Source: a virus (Duplodnaviria > Caudoviricetes). From it: a DNA stretch of 64,000 nt. This document shows positions 9,185 to 17,631 of this stretch, piece after piece. The stretch is from the IMG/VR virus record IMGVR_UViG_3300037808_002146; one strand, 5' to 3'. Made by a program: the position numbers and the translations under genes. How positions within the stretch are numbered: the first letter of the stretch is position 1; each line of letters begins with the position of its first letter. The notes under the pieces were generated by a model. It saw nothing but the letters and a program-made list of their open reading frames with translations. It had not been told where the DNA came from and did not search any database.

Positions 9185-10054
9185 TCAGTCGTACATTGGT
9201 GGTACGTGTTTAATTGGTGGACGCTTCTTTCTCAATTTAGCTCCGCCTTTATTCAAAACATCCATCACGGCTTGAAGCGTTGTGCTAAAATGTTTCATGT
9301 CGCTAGCTCTCAGGGTGACGCTCATATTACCCAAACGATCGCTAATGTCCTCTAGCGATATGGCCGTGACCTGTCCGCCTTTTTTTCGCGGTTGGTACAC
9401 AATATACTTCACATCAGCGTCACCCACCGCGGCTTGGAACGCGTCGCCTAGCGCGGCCAACTCATTTTTATTTGGGGATGAAACAATAGCGGTATTCAGT
9501 CGGTTGTCCTGTTCGTCGTATACTGCATCTTCTATTTCGGGATCACGCAATAAGTCTCTAACATCTTCAAAATCCGGGTCATCAAACTTCATGTCTTCCA
9601 ATTGGAGGTAAGCATCCTGTCCATACTCATCCACCATCAACCGGGCAAACTCATCGAGATCATCGGCCTGGAGCGCTGCTTTAGTTGCTGCAACGAAGTT
9701 ATAAGGCTGCGTACTCTCCCTAACGATTCTGATTAGTTGTCGCTTTGAGATCTTTATTTTACCCTCCTCCATAAGGTGGGCCAAGTCTACGTAGTTACCT
9801 TCCTTATCAAAACGGTAAGGCAACCCCTCCTCGTCCCATTCTACATCGTCATATTGATCTAGTGCAGAAGGGCGATCAGGGTGATCCGTAGGTGGACTCG
9901 AGGCCGGATGTCGGTCCTTTCTAGCGTCACGCTCGTTATCTGCGCGAACATTCATCTCATCATAATCGGCCTTCGATGGGATATAGATATCCCTTGGGGA
10001 TAGCATTTGGGCCTCTCTGATCATTCTTCTTAGTTGTCGTTTTGTGATTCTCAT
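9185..10054 (-). CDS. leader-tagged protein with a second internal leader
   Basis: MRITKRQLRRMIREA at the start and LMEEGKIKISKRQLIRIVRES internally. Confidence 0.75.
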   Translation of the reverse strand: MRITKRQLRRMIREAQMLSPRDIYIPSKADYDEMNVRADNERDARKDRHPASSPPTDHPDRPSALDQYDDVEWDEEGLPYRFDKEGNYVDLAHLMEEGKIKISKRQLIRIVRESTQPYNFVAATKAALQADDLDEFARLMVDEYGQDAYLQLEDMKFDDPDFEDVRDLLRDPEIEDAVYDEQDNRLNTAIVSSPNKNELAALGDAFQAAVGDADVKYIVYQPRKKGGQVTAISLEDISDRLGNMSVTLRASDMKHFSTTLQAVMDVLNKGGAKLRKKRPPIKHVPPMYD

Positions 10055-10085
10055 TTTGTTACCTTTACGTATTCACACTGTAGTT

Positions 10086-10664
10086 TCATTCTTTTATCAT
10101 CCCACGCTTTCGTAGCTCATCCATCACGGGTGTACCCACTTTGCTTATCTTCTTTGATAAACCAGATTCATTCCAAGAAGGGCCGTACTTGTCGTACGCC
10201 GGTACTTGATCACAATCATCAGACTTGTCACCGGGCGTAAGCTGGTCTTCTCCGTAAGAATTCATGTAATCGATATCTAATTGGTCTACTTGGACGTCCT
10301 TACGATAGTTTGTGTAGTAATCCCAAACTGCTTCAGCTTCGTCGGAAACCTGGGTTCTGTCGGCAGCTAGACCACCTGTAGCTTCAATCGCAATGTCGTA
10401 GGCCAGCGGACCATATCCACCTTCCGCCTCAGCAATGCTTACGATGCTTGCTCCGGAGCACTTACCATGCATACCGTCGGTCGGATCGAAACTAACTTGA
10501 GCTAATGTTTTATTTTGCCGGTCTTTTACTAGTACTTGATATCTATTGATTTTGACTTTGCCGCCTTCTTCATCTTCTAGTCTATCGATCATTTTCATGA
10601 TTTTAGGGTGGATAGTAGTAGATTCAGTTAGCAGCTCTCTTATGTATTCGCGCAGTAGATTCAT
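10086..10664 (-). CDS. leader-tagged protein, possible GNAT-like fold; paralog of 7015-7632
   Basis: MNLLREYIRELLTE; GYGPLAYDIAIEATGGLAADRTQVSDEAEAVWDYY. Confidence 0.75.
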   Translation of the reverse strand: MNLLREYIRELLTESTTIHPKIMKMIDRLEDEEGGKVKINRYQVLVKDRQNKTLAQVSFDPTDGMHGKCSGASIVSIAEAEGGYGPLAYDIAIEATGGLAADRTQVSDEAEAVWDYYTNYRKDVQVDQLDIDYMNSYGEDQLTPGDKSDDCDQVPAYDKYGPSWNESGLSKKISKVGTPVMDELRKRGMIKE

Positions 10665-10930
10665 TTTTTAGACTTGTCTTTTTTATCGATGATGGCTTTT
10701 TGCAAGCCGTCTGGTAACGTAGTTTGATCACCGACAAGAGCTGGATTCGCGTTGTATTTGATTGTTGACTCTTGCTCAGCCTCATCAATATCTAGAGTCT
10801 TTGGATACCCTTTTTCCCCAGGCTTAGCTGGCCTTTCACCACGCTTACGCTTAGCATGAATATTTGCCCATAAGCCTTTACCTTTTTTTTCTATCAATAA
10901 CTCTCTTATATATTTTCGCAATAAATTCAT
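10661..10930 (-). CDS. leader-tagged small basic protein
   Basis: MNLLRKYIRELLIE; GLWANIHAKRKRGERPAKPGEKGYP basic motif. Confidence 0.75.
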   Translation of the reverse strand: MNLLRKYIRELLIEKKGKGLWANIHAKRKRGERPAKPGEKGYPKTLDIDEAEQESTIKYNANPALVGDQTTLPDGLQKAIIDKKDKSKK

Positions 10931-10959
10931 TTTTTGTCTATTTTCCTATTATTAGATTG

Positions 10960-11373
10960 TTAACCTAAGTGATCATCCCATACTTCGTCAGCTGGATCTG
11001 GAAAGAAAGCCGGAAACCAACGAGAAGCTTTCATGCCTAGAATAGTTTTTTCCCACGGCGGTTCTTTATTTGGGTTTTGATTTTTCCACTCTTCTCTGGC
11101 TTCCTCTGCGCGGAGTGTTACGTTTGCAATTTTTTCTTTTAAATCTTTAACATATTTTTCGTCGCCATACCCAGGGATAGACTCTGCATTAGACTCCATC
11201 CATTTATGTAACTTCTCAAAGTAGGGTGCAATCATTCTCTCTGTGCCGTTATGGATTGCATCGTCTATTTTTTTGACAAAACCCATAGCAGTTTTAATAA
11301 TATTTTCTTCTAAAACTTTTTGCTGGTGTTCTTCTTCTAGCAATTCTCTTATGTATTCGCGGAGAAGATTCAT
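10960..11373 (-). CDS. leader-tagged (MNLLREYI) hypothetical protein
   Basis: Start revised to the ATG at 11373, which overlaps the upstream TGA (ATGA). Confidence 0.7.
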   Translation of the reverse strand: MNLLREYIRELLEEEHQQKVLEENIIKTAMGFVKKIDDAIHNGTERMIAPYFEKLHKWMESNAESIPGYGDEKYVKDLKEKIANVTLRAEEAREEWKNQNPNKEPPWEKTILGMKASRWFPAFFPDPADEVWDDHLG

Positions 11374-11582
11374 ACCTTGCACCCCTTGGGGAGTTGAGAT
11401 ACTAAGCTTTTTTTATAAACTTCAATGTTGGGTTGTGACCACTTAATTTGAGGGCAGTATATCCTATACTCTTCTTGATCTTTGAGAAACAGCTCGAGCG
11501 CGGTGACGTCGCGTTTCATATTATTTGTATCTTGGACAGAAGCAACGCTAAATACCGCTGCAAATAATATTTCAGCAATCAT
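11370..11582 (-). CDS. small secreted/membrane hypothetical protein
   Basis: Signal-peptide-like N-terminus; coupled to neighbours. Confidence 0.6.
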   Translation of the reverse strand: MIAEILFAAVFSVASVQDTNNMKRDVTALELFLKDQEEYRIYCPQIKWSQPNIEVYKKSLVSQLPKGCKV

Positions 11583-11854
11583 CTCGCTTTCCTCGTAATC
11601 ATAATTTCTATTCGGCCCAGCGATCCTTTCATATATTCGATATCTTTTTCGATACCAATTATCTGCTTCGCATTAGTGTCAGATCCCTCTATTTTTTTCG
11701 ATAGTACGCTAATAACTGCCTCTGCATCTCCCAAGTCGTTCTTGAGTTCAGCAACTTTTACGTTTGTGCTCCAGACCCAACCGGCGAGTGGAAGGACTAA
11801 AACTGACATTATTAGTGAAAACACTTTCCACAAATCATCTTTTGAAACGGCCAT
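11579..11854 (-). CDS. TM plus coiled-coil protein
   Basis: One TM helix followed by a heptad-like region. Confidence 0.65.
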   Translation of the reverse strand: MAVSKDDLWKVFSLIMSVLVLPLAGWVWSTNVKVAELKNDLGDAEAVISVLSKKIEGSDTNAKQIIGIEKDIEYMKGSLGRIEIMITRKAR

Positions 11855-11877
11855 TGTAACTTACCTCTCTTTCTTTT

Positions 11878-12522
11878 CTACGAAGGATTTCCTAGGATTA
11901 TTTTAGTAGAGCTATGACTACCAAAAGACTTCGTATACCACCCATTTACTGATTTAAATAATGCGGGAGCGTTAGAGTCGGGATGAGCGCCATGAAAAAT
12001 ATAATCATCGCCAGACAATAGTTTAGCGACTTTGTTCTCATCTTCAACGGCAATAGCCCCTCTTTTGAGCATAGCATATGCAGGTTTACCACTCACTTCT
12101 CCCCACCAGTTACCTATACCTGCGATAGCACCCCCCGCTCTTAAATCAGCTGACTTGCTTTTATATTCTGCAGCTGCAAGGCCAGAGCCGTCATTTGCTG
12201 CGGCTCCCATTTTTACGCCAGCTATATCGGGCTTTCCCATTATAGCAACGTCTATGTCTGGATCATCATCGATATCTTTCACAACCCAATATGTGTACCT
12301 GTCTAAGCTGCTTGGGCTTGAAATTTTAAAATGGCCGCCAATAGGCTCATACGTTTGTTGAACTAAATCAAACAAATTTTGCTTGACTAACTCTCTTCTA
12401 GGATCTCCCGAAGCTAGCAAAGTCCATTCATTTTCAGGTATCACCCCGCCAGTTTCAAGAAACAACCCTCTAGAAATTGACTCTCTAATAATTTTTCTTA
12501 ACTGTCTTTTTTTGATTTTCAT
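11878..12522 (-). CDS. leader-tagged (MKIKKRQL) hypothetical protein
   Basis: Start revised to the ATG at 12522 (ATGA overlap with upstream ORF); MKIKKRQLRKIIRES. Confidence 0.75.
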   Translation of the reverse strand: MKIKKRQLRKIIRESISRGLFLETGGVIPENEWTLLASGDPRRELVKQNLFDLVQQTYEPIGGHFKISSPSSLDRYTYWVVKDIDDDPDIDVAIMGKPDIAGVKMGAAANDGSGLAAAEYKSKSADLRAGGAIAGIGNWWGEVSGKPAYAMLKRGAIAVEDENKVAKLLSGDDYIFHGAHPDSNAPALFKSVNGWYTKSFGSHSSTKIILGNPS

Positions 12523-12797
12523 ATGTAGATTCCCGTGTGGATTATCCCATTGCCCTCTATAGAGCCATCGGGCCAAACCTTAACCCAGTATTGATGCATA
12601 TCCTCAGCGTGCTCAATATGACCGGTGTCGATAATAACTTCGCCGTCTCCCTCTACCGTGACGGGAGTGCGATCGCCAAATATATCCTCAGCAAATTTAG
12701 TCTCTCTTGCCAGTTTTGCTTCCCTACCATGAATCGGTCCATACGTACTAACAGCTTCTTTGATAATTTTCCTAAGTTGTTGTTTGGTCATTTTCAT
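12519..12797 (-). CDS. leader-tagged (MKMTKQQL) hypothetical protein
   Basis: MKMTKQQLRKIIKEA. Confidence 0.75.
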   Translation of the reverse strand: MKMTKQQLRKIIKEAVSTYGPIHGREAKLARETKFAEDIFGDRTPVTVEGDGEVIIDTGHIEHAEDMHQYWVKVWPDGSIEGNGIIHTGIYI

Positions 12798-12815
12798 TTT
12801 TTCTTTTTTCTACTT

Positions 12816-13061
12816 TCATCTCAAGGAGGGATCTTTTTTTGTAGATTTTAGCTTTGGAAGGAAATCCTTTTTAAGCTTCAACAATCCTTCAAAGTTAACT
12901 TTTTGTCGAGCGTCAGTATACAGAACTTGCGGTTTTTTATACTCTCCGTTTATCAACAAATCATCAAAATTATAAAACTTTGTCTTCAGAGGTTTAGGAT
13001 TTGATCCCATCAAAAAAAATGTAAGGAGTAATAAGAGAAATATATTTTTACGCAATGTCAA
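12816..13061 (-). CDS. secreted peptide resembling myxobacterial gliding protein CglF/GltF
   Basis: Signal peptide, then FYNFDDLLINGEYKKPQVLYTDARQKVNFEGLLKLKKDFLPKL; matches my recollection of the CglF pattern, not searched. Confidence 0.5.
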   Translation of the reverse strand: MTLRKNIFLLLLLTFFLMGSNPKPLKTKFYNFDDLLINGEYKKPQVLYTDARQKVNFEGLLKLKKDFLPKLKSTKKDPSLR

Positions 13062-13067
13062 CCTACC

Positions 13068-13406
13068 CTACATAAACACTTGAATAAGTATTATGCAGAG
13101 TGACAAAAATATACACAGAATGGTCTTTATGGTAAACATAGATTCCCCAAGCAAAAACCAAGTCATTACAGGGAAAGCTAAATAGGATATACCATAGCCA
13201 ACTAGTCTAACGGACCACGCTGATGCAAAGTGAGCATAGAGGAATTTTGCTCCAAAATATCCTAAAATCGATATCGGTATCCCGAGCGTGACACAAATAG
13301 CAAACGTATTGTAGTTTTTAAAATAATCAGAAAACTGGCCATTCGCACTAACCCACGCAAGTATTTGCAAAAGTAATATTAACAAAGTTCCATACAGCAA
13401 ATTCAT
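13068..13406 (-). CDS. 4-TM membrane protein (SMR/DMT-like size)
   Basis: 112 aa with four hydrophobic helices. Confidence 0.6.
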   Translation of the reverse strand: MNLLYGTLLILLLQILAWVSANGQFSDYFKNYNTFAICVTLGIPISILGYFGAKFLYAHFASAWSVRLVGYGISYLAFPVMTWFLLGESMFTIKTILCIFLSLCIILIQVFM

Positions 13407-13561
13407 TATTTTTTCTCAAAAAGTTCTTCCTCTGATAGAGATTCTAAAACTCCGTCTATCAGGACGTTATAAAAAATACCAACAAAAGTTTTTAAATGAG
13501 AAACTACTATCCCAATTCGGCCTTGCGTATCAATAACAAGATCACCTTTGTTAAACTTCAT
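13406..13561 (-). CDS. 51-aa hypothetical protein missing from the ORF track ([20 protein letters not shown]...)
   Basis: Fills the gap exactly, with ATGA and TAATG overlaps; SH3/KOW-like pattern. Confidence 0.65.
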   Translation of the reverse strand: MKFNKGDLVIDTQGRIGIVVSHLKTFVGIFYNVLIDGVLESLSEEELFEKK

Positions 13562-14574
13562 CTTAGTATGTGCGTAGAACTTTCAATTTGAGAAGAGTTA
13601 GATTGAATTATGAATTCCTTCTTAGACATAAACTCTTTTAAATTACGAGCTCCTGAATACGAACAAGCACTAGAAAGTTGTTTTTTCATAAGTTCTATAA
13701 TGTCAAGTACCGAACCTTTAAAAGGGATAGTTGTAGATATCCCTTCGACTGAATTGTGAGTACCCTTCCAATCCCTTTGCGCTTCAACAGAGGCCATCCC
13801 TCTATAAACTTTATATTTCTTACCGTCTTGTGTTGAGAATACTTCACCCGGGGATTCCTCGGTGCCAGCAAACATAGAACCGCACATAACTAAGTCGGCG
13901 CCTGCTGCCAACGCTTTTGCAATATCTCCCGTACTCTTCATGCCACCATCAGCGATTATCAAAGAGTCTCGATCAGTAGCAGCACAATCGAGAACACTTT
14001 GGAGCGTGGGAACGCCATGACCTGTTTGGATTCGTGTTGAACAAATAGAACCACCGCCAATTCCGACACGTATGCTATCGGCTCCCCAGTCAGCTAAATC
14101 GTTAAAGCCTTCGAGCGTTGCAACATTACCGGCCATGATGTGAATATTATCATCGAAAAAATCACGTAAAGATTTCAAGGTAGTTTTCATTAAGGAATGA
14201 TGTCCATGGGCAACATCAACACAAATAACCCGCGCGCCAGCTTCATAGACGCTCGAAGCCCTTTCCTTAAAATCGCCTGATATACCTATTGCTGCGCCTA
14301 CTTGTTTTCTTTCCCCAACGAGAGCTCTACTAACTAGCCTAGATTGTTCTTCTATTGTATTATAACGATGGATTATCCCTAACCCGCCAGAATTAGACAT
14401 CGAAAGAGCCATTAAATCTTCAGTCACAGTATCCATTGGGCTAGATATAAAGGGACATAGTAGATCTAGAAAATCTTCATTCGTATTGACAGAAAGATCT
14501 ATTTCTTTTCGAGAAAGTATTTCTGAATACTTTGGAACTAGTAAAACATCATCAAAAGTAATTGTTTCTCTCAA
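13558..14574 (-). CDS. IMP dehydrogenase / GMP reductase family protein (CBS-less)
   Basis: [41 protein letters not shown] catalytic loop, IIADGG, YRGMAS. Confidence 0.9.
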   Translation of the reverse strand: MRETITFDDVLLVPKYSEILSRKEIDLSVNTNEDFLDLLCPFISSPMDTVTEDLMALSMSNSGGLGIIHRYNTIEEQSRLVSRALVGERKQVGAAIGISGDFKERASSVYEAGARVICVDVAHGHHSLMKTTLKSLRDFFDDNIHIMAGNVATLEGFNDLADWGADSIRVGIGGGSICSTRIQTGHGVPTLQSVLDCAATDRDSLIIADGGMKSTGDIAKALAAGADLVMCGSMFAGTEESPGEVFSTQDGKKYKVYRGMASVEAQRDWKGTHNSVEGISTTIPFKGSVLDIIELMKKQLSSACSYSGARNLKEFMSKKEFIIQSNSSQIESSTHILR

Positions 14575-14831
14575 TTTTTAACCCTTTCGTACTCATCAGT
14601 TGCGCAAAACTTATAAGTTTTTTGATCGCACAAAATATCGATGACCATTTTTATTTCGGCATATTTTATTTTTTCTATTAGCCATGGTTGTAAGCTATAT
14701 ATAATATCCGATATGTTCTTTTCGTATGGGCCTTTAGTGACTAAACCAATTGACCCTACTTCCATTTCATTATAAAAAGAATTCGGGTTTTTTCTAACTC
14801 TTTTTACTAGATTGTTTTTTTTTATTGACAT
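14571..14831 (-). CDS. hypothetical protein
   Basis: ORF coupled to neighbours. Confidence 0.6.
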   Translation of the reverse strand: MSIKKNNLVKRVRKNPNSFYNEMEVGSIGLVTKGPYEKNISDIIYSLQPWLIEKIKYAEIKMVIDILCDQKTYKFCATDEYERVKN

Positions 14832-15100
14832 GATTCTTTCATTAGGGAGTATAACGTTTCTCTCGAACCTGTCGCGATAGAAATATTTTCTAAAGCAATT
14901 TCTAATAATTCTGGTTGACCTAAGAAAACCTTACGAACCCAATAGCGATAAACTGACGCTTCGTATATTTCATCCGGCTTTTTAAACTTATCGACTTCTT
15001 CTATCCAGTTAGTTATATCTTCTAGAGATTCGCTAGTTAGATTTGCTGGACACTTTCCGGCTGGTATTAAAACTCTAGCTTTTATGAAATCAAAACTCAT
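14822..15100 (-). CDS. hypothetical protein
   Basis: ORF coupled to neighbours. Confidence 0.6.
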   Translation of the reverse strand: MSFDFIKARVLIPAGKCPANLTSESLEDITNWIEEVDKFKKPDEIYEASVYRYWVRKVFLGQPELLEIALENISIATGSRETLYSLMKESCQ

Positions 15101-15711
15101 TTCTTTTTCGCTTTCCTTATAGATCTTTTCTTTTTCCTGGTTTTTAGTGATTTTGCCTTAGACTTTTCTTCTTTCGTCTGGGCATCACTCGCATTACTCA
15201 AAGTTTTTTCAATCTTATATTTTTTAATCTTCTTGATCAGTCTAGACTTTCTTAGTTGGGATATTTTATCTACAGTCAATATCCCGTCTAGGTGATCAAT
15301 CTCATGCTGGACACAAGCTGAGCTATAGTCTTTAAACCACTTTCTATTTTTGGTACCATCGCTGTTTAACCACTCTACCTCTACTTCCTTAAACCTCGAT
15401 ACTTCTAAAGATATATTCGGTAAAGAAAAGCATGCTTCTTCGAATTTTTTGTTATCTTTAAAATTTAGAATCTTAGGATTGATCATCAGCAAAAGTTCTA
15501 GGCCTGAATTATCTTTGTTTAAAAGTTTTTCGTTAACAGCAATCGCTCTTACATTTAACCCAATTTGTGGAGCAGAGAGTCCGTAGCCTCCTGATACTTT
15601 GAAGGTATCTATTAGATCTCTAATAACTTGAGAATCTTTTTGCAAGTCTAAATCTCTAGACGGAAAATTCAAGGATTTTTCTGGCCATTCTAAAATTCTT
15701 CTATAAACCAT
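15097..15711 (-). CDS. def: peptide deformylase with basic C-terminal tail
   Basis: GYGLSAPQIG, EEACFS and QHEIDHLDG motifs; start revised to MVYRRILEWP. Confidence 0.9.
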   Translation of the reverse strand: MVYRRILEWPEKSLNFPSRDLDLQKDSQVIRDLIDTFKVSGGYGLSAPQIGLNVRAIAVNEKLLNKDNSGLELLLMINPKILNFKDNKKFEEACFSLPNISLEVSRFKEVEVEWLNSDGTKNRKWFKDYSSACVQHEIDHLDGILTVDKISQLRKSRLIKKIKKYKIEKTLSNASDAQTKEEKSKAKSLKTRKKKRSIRKAKKK

Positions 15712-15865
15712 TTTGTACCTTTGATATCTTCCATGAAACGTAGCAAGTACACGCAATTAAAAAATTAAAAAAAGCTAAATCTTTACTAACCCAATGATAG
15801 TTGATAACGCTCATTACAATGTTTAAGATAGAACAAGGGAGCATCACTTTTTTTATGAAGGTCAT
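15701..15865 (-). CDS. 54-aa membrane protein missing from the ORF track (MTFIKKVMLPCSILN...)
   Basis: ATGA overlap with upstream ORF; two hydrophobic stretches; fills the gap. Confidence 0.55.
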   Translation of the reverse strand: MTFIKKVMLPCSILNIVMSVINYHWVSKDLAFFNFLIACTCYVSWKISKVQNGL

Positions 15866-16173
15866 TGAGCTTCTGTTTTTTTCCTCGACCTACGCCGTGT
15901 AGGTTTAGCTTTCTTTTCGTCTAGAGGCAGCGGATTTTTTGCCTTTACTTTAGGTTGCTGCGCCCTCTTGGGTCTGGGTTTTTCTACCTTAACCTTAGTT
16001 TCGTTAGCAACATTTTCTTCTTTTTCTTTAGAAAAGTATTTTTGCAGCGGAGTAGACATATTCTTCTCAACGCAATAATTTGCTAATTCTTCATCGCTCT
16101 TAATCCCAACTTCTTCGAGAAACTTTGATACTTCAATATTCCCCCTCGCTATAAATCTTTCGAATAAAATCAA
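15862..16173 (-). CDS. hypothetical protein with Lys/Pro-rich basic tail
   Basis: ORF track; low-complexity basic C-terminus. Confidence 0.65.
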   Translation of the reverse strand: MILFERFIARGNIEVSKFLEEVGIKSDEELANYCVEKNMSTPLQKYFSKEKEENVANETKVKVEKPRPKRAQQPKVKAKNPLPLDEKKAKPTRRRSRKKTEAQ

Positions 16174-16189
16174 ACTATATCTCCTTTAT

Positions 16190-16468
16190 CTAGATCATAG
16201 ATTCTTCTTCTAAATACGAGGCAACGCACTCTTGAAATCTAGGATCTCTCGCTACTTTCATAATATCGGTATCGTCCATATCGTATAGTTCGCAAACACC
16301 TACTGCTAATTTCTTCATAGCTTCTAATAGAATGTTTCTAGCTGCTGAATGTCTCATCTTAAACCCACGCTTAGTCATCTCTTCAGCGATGTCTTTATAA
16401 GACATACCTCCGGTTTTTATTACTGTCGCGTATCCATGCTCTGATTTAAACCCTCTTGGCATACTCAT
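16190..16468 (-). CDS. HTH protein resembling sigma70 region 4.2
   Basis: MSYKDIAEEM...RHSAARNILLEAMKKL; directly downstream of a sigma factor truncated in region 4. Confidence 0.6.
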   Translation of the reverse strand: MSMPRGFKSEHGYATVIKTGGMSYKDIAEEMTKRGFKMRHSAARNILLEAMKKLAVGVCELYDMDDTDIMKVARDPRFQECVASYLEEESMI

Positions 16469-17232
16469 TTAGCTACTCTCCTAATCTCTCTCATTTGTTC
16501 TTTGGACAAGAAAAAATCCTGTTTATCACTATCGTTAGACTCCCCAATACCGAATCTCAGTCTAATGATATTCTCTTCCCTGCTTGTAAGAGTTTTTAAC
16601 GCAGTTCTCATAACAGCTTTTATCTTAACAGAGTCAAGAATATCCTCTACTGAAGATCCTCTTTCATCAGGTATGATTTCGGCTATCTTTCTACCAGAAC
16701 CGCCTGATCTATCTCTTACATTCGCATCGAGAGAAGTTTGAGAAGAGCATTTTATCATAGACATAAGGGTACTTGTTGGAATGCCGAGTGCTTCAGAAAC
16801 TTCTTCGTAGGAAGGTTTTTGTCCAAACTCTTCGTCAAACTCCTTGATCATTTCATTCATCTTCCAGAGAAGATTCCTCGTATGAGCCGGAAGTTTAATG
16901 TCACTAGCATGACTAGCAACGTGAGTTCTAACGGATTGTTTAATCCACCAGTAAGCATAAGTAGAAAACTTAAATCCTTTCCTCCAATCAAAACGATCAA
17001 CAGCTTTGATTAAGCCCATATTAGATTCCTGGATTAGATCTTCTAAAGAGCAACCTTTACTTTGATATTTCTTTGCGATTGAAATCGCTAATCGTAAATT
17101 AGATTGAATCATTTCATTCTTAGCTCGGCGGTCTCCTGCCTCGATTCTTTTAGCTAAGGTAATCTCTTGTTCACGCGTTAGAAGCGGGTATTTACCAACT
17201 TTCGTAAAGTATGTTTGTAATGCTTCTGACAT
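16465..17232 (-). CDS. RpoD-like sigma70 factor (regions 1.2-3 and partial 4)
   Basis: YPLLTREQEITLA, NLRLAISIAKKY, DLIQESNMGLIKAVDRFD.RKGFKFSTYAYWWIKQ, LTSREENIIRLRFG. Confidence 0.92.
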   Translation of the reverse strand: MSEALQTYFTKVGKYPLLTREQEITLAKRIEAGDRRAKNEMIQSNLRLAISIAKKYQSKGCSLEDLIQESNMGLIKAVDRFDWRKGFKFSTYAYWWIKQSVRTHVASHASDIKLPAHTRNLLWKMNEMIKEFDEEFGQKPSYEEVSEALGIPTSTLMSMIKCSSQTSLDANVRDRSGGSGRKIAEIIPDERGSSVEDILDSVKIKAVMRTALKTLTSREENIIRLRFGIGESNDSDKQDFFLSKEQMREIRRVAK

Positions 17233-17296
17233 TATTTTAACCTTCCACTAGTTATTAACGAAGAACAAGGACTCATTCCTTGCTCCTTATGTTCTT

Positions 17297-17325
17297 ATTA
17301 TACCACACCCTCAGTTTATTTGCAC
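17297..17325 (-). promoter_or_regulatory. sigma70-type promoter GTGCAA-N17-TATAAT upstream of the sigma gene
   Basis: Minus strand GTGCAA ataaactgagggtgtgg TATAAT. Confidence 0.7.
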
Positions 17326-17337
17326 GATTTTGTTTTT

Positions 17338-17631
17338 TTATTTTCTCACAATTCTGTCGTGAGTCCTTTTTCTCTTAACTCTCTGATCAAACTCTCTTTG
17401 GATATAGCAGATTTCGCATTCTATAGTCTTAGAGGAATTTTCGTCTCTCTTCGATCTAGCTAGCCTAAGATTTTTGTTAAGACGATCGCTAAGAGATCTC
17501 ATCTCATCGTCACTCTTATGTGCTAAGTCTTCCCAATTTACGTTGATAATAATAATAGGATCATTCTTCCTATCTGTTTTCTTACCTTTACTTTTCACTA
17601 TTATTCTCCGAATTTTCAATAACTGCAGCAC
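17338..17631 (-). CDS. hypothetical protein (true start probably the internal GTG near 17598)
   Basis: ORF track; overlap with groEL suggests a shorter gene. Confidence 0.55.
   Translation of the reverse strand: MLQLLKIRRIIVKSKGKKTDRKNDPIIIINVNWEDLAHKSDDEMRSLSDRLNKNLRLARSKRDENSSKTIECEICYIQREFDQRVKRKRTHDRIVRK

Larger units (their letters stand above)
6209..12797 (-). repeat. dispersed 5'-gene repeats encoding two leader peptides (MNLLREYIRELLxE and M[KR]ITKRQLRRII[RK]E)
   Basis: Near-identical ~30-45 bp DNA at gene starts ending at 7018, 7632, 10664, 10930 and 11373 (type 1) and at 7936, 8265, 8882, 9172, 10054, 12522 and 12797 (type 2); two further in-frame internal type 2 copies. Confidence 0.9.

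Noticed and set aside
6209-12797. CRISPR array or transposon terminal repeats as the explanation for the dispersed repeats
   Set aside because: The repeats are in-frame coding 5' ends with synonymous variation, irregular spacing of hundreds of bp and no cas or transposase gene.
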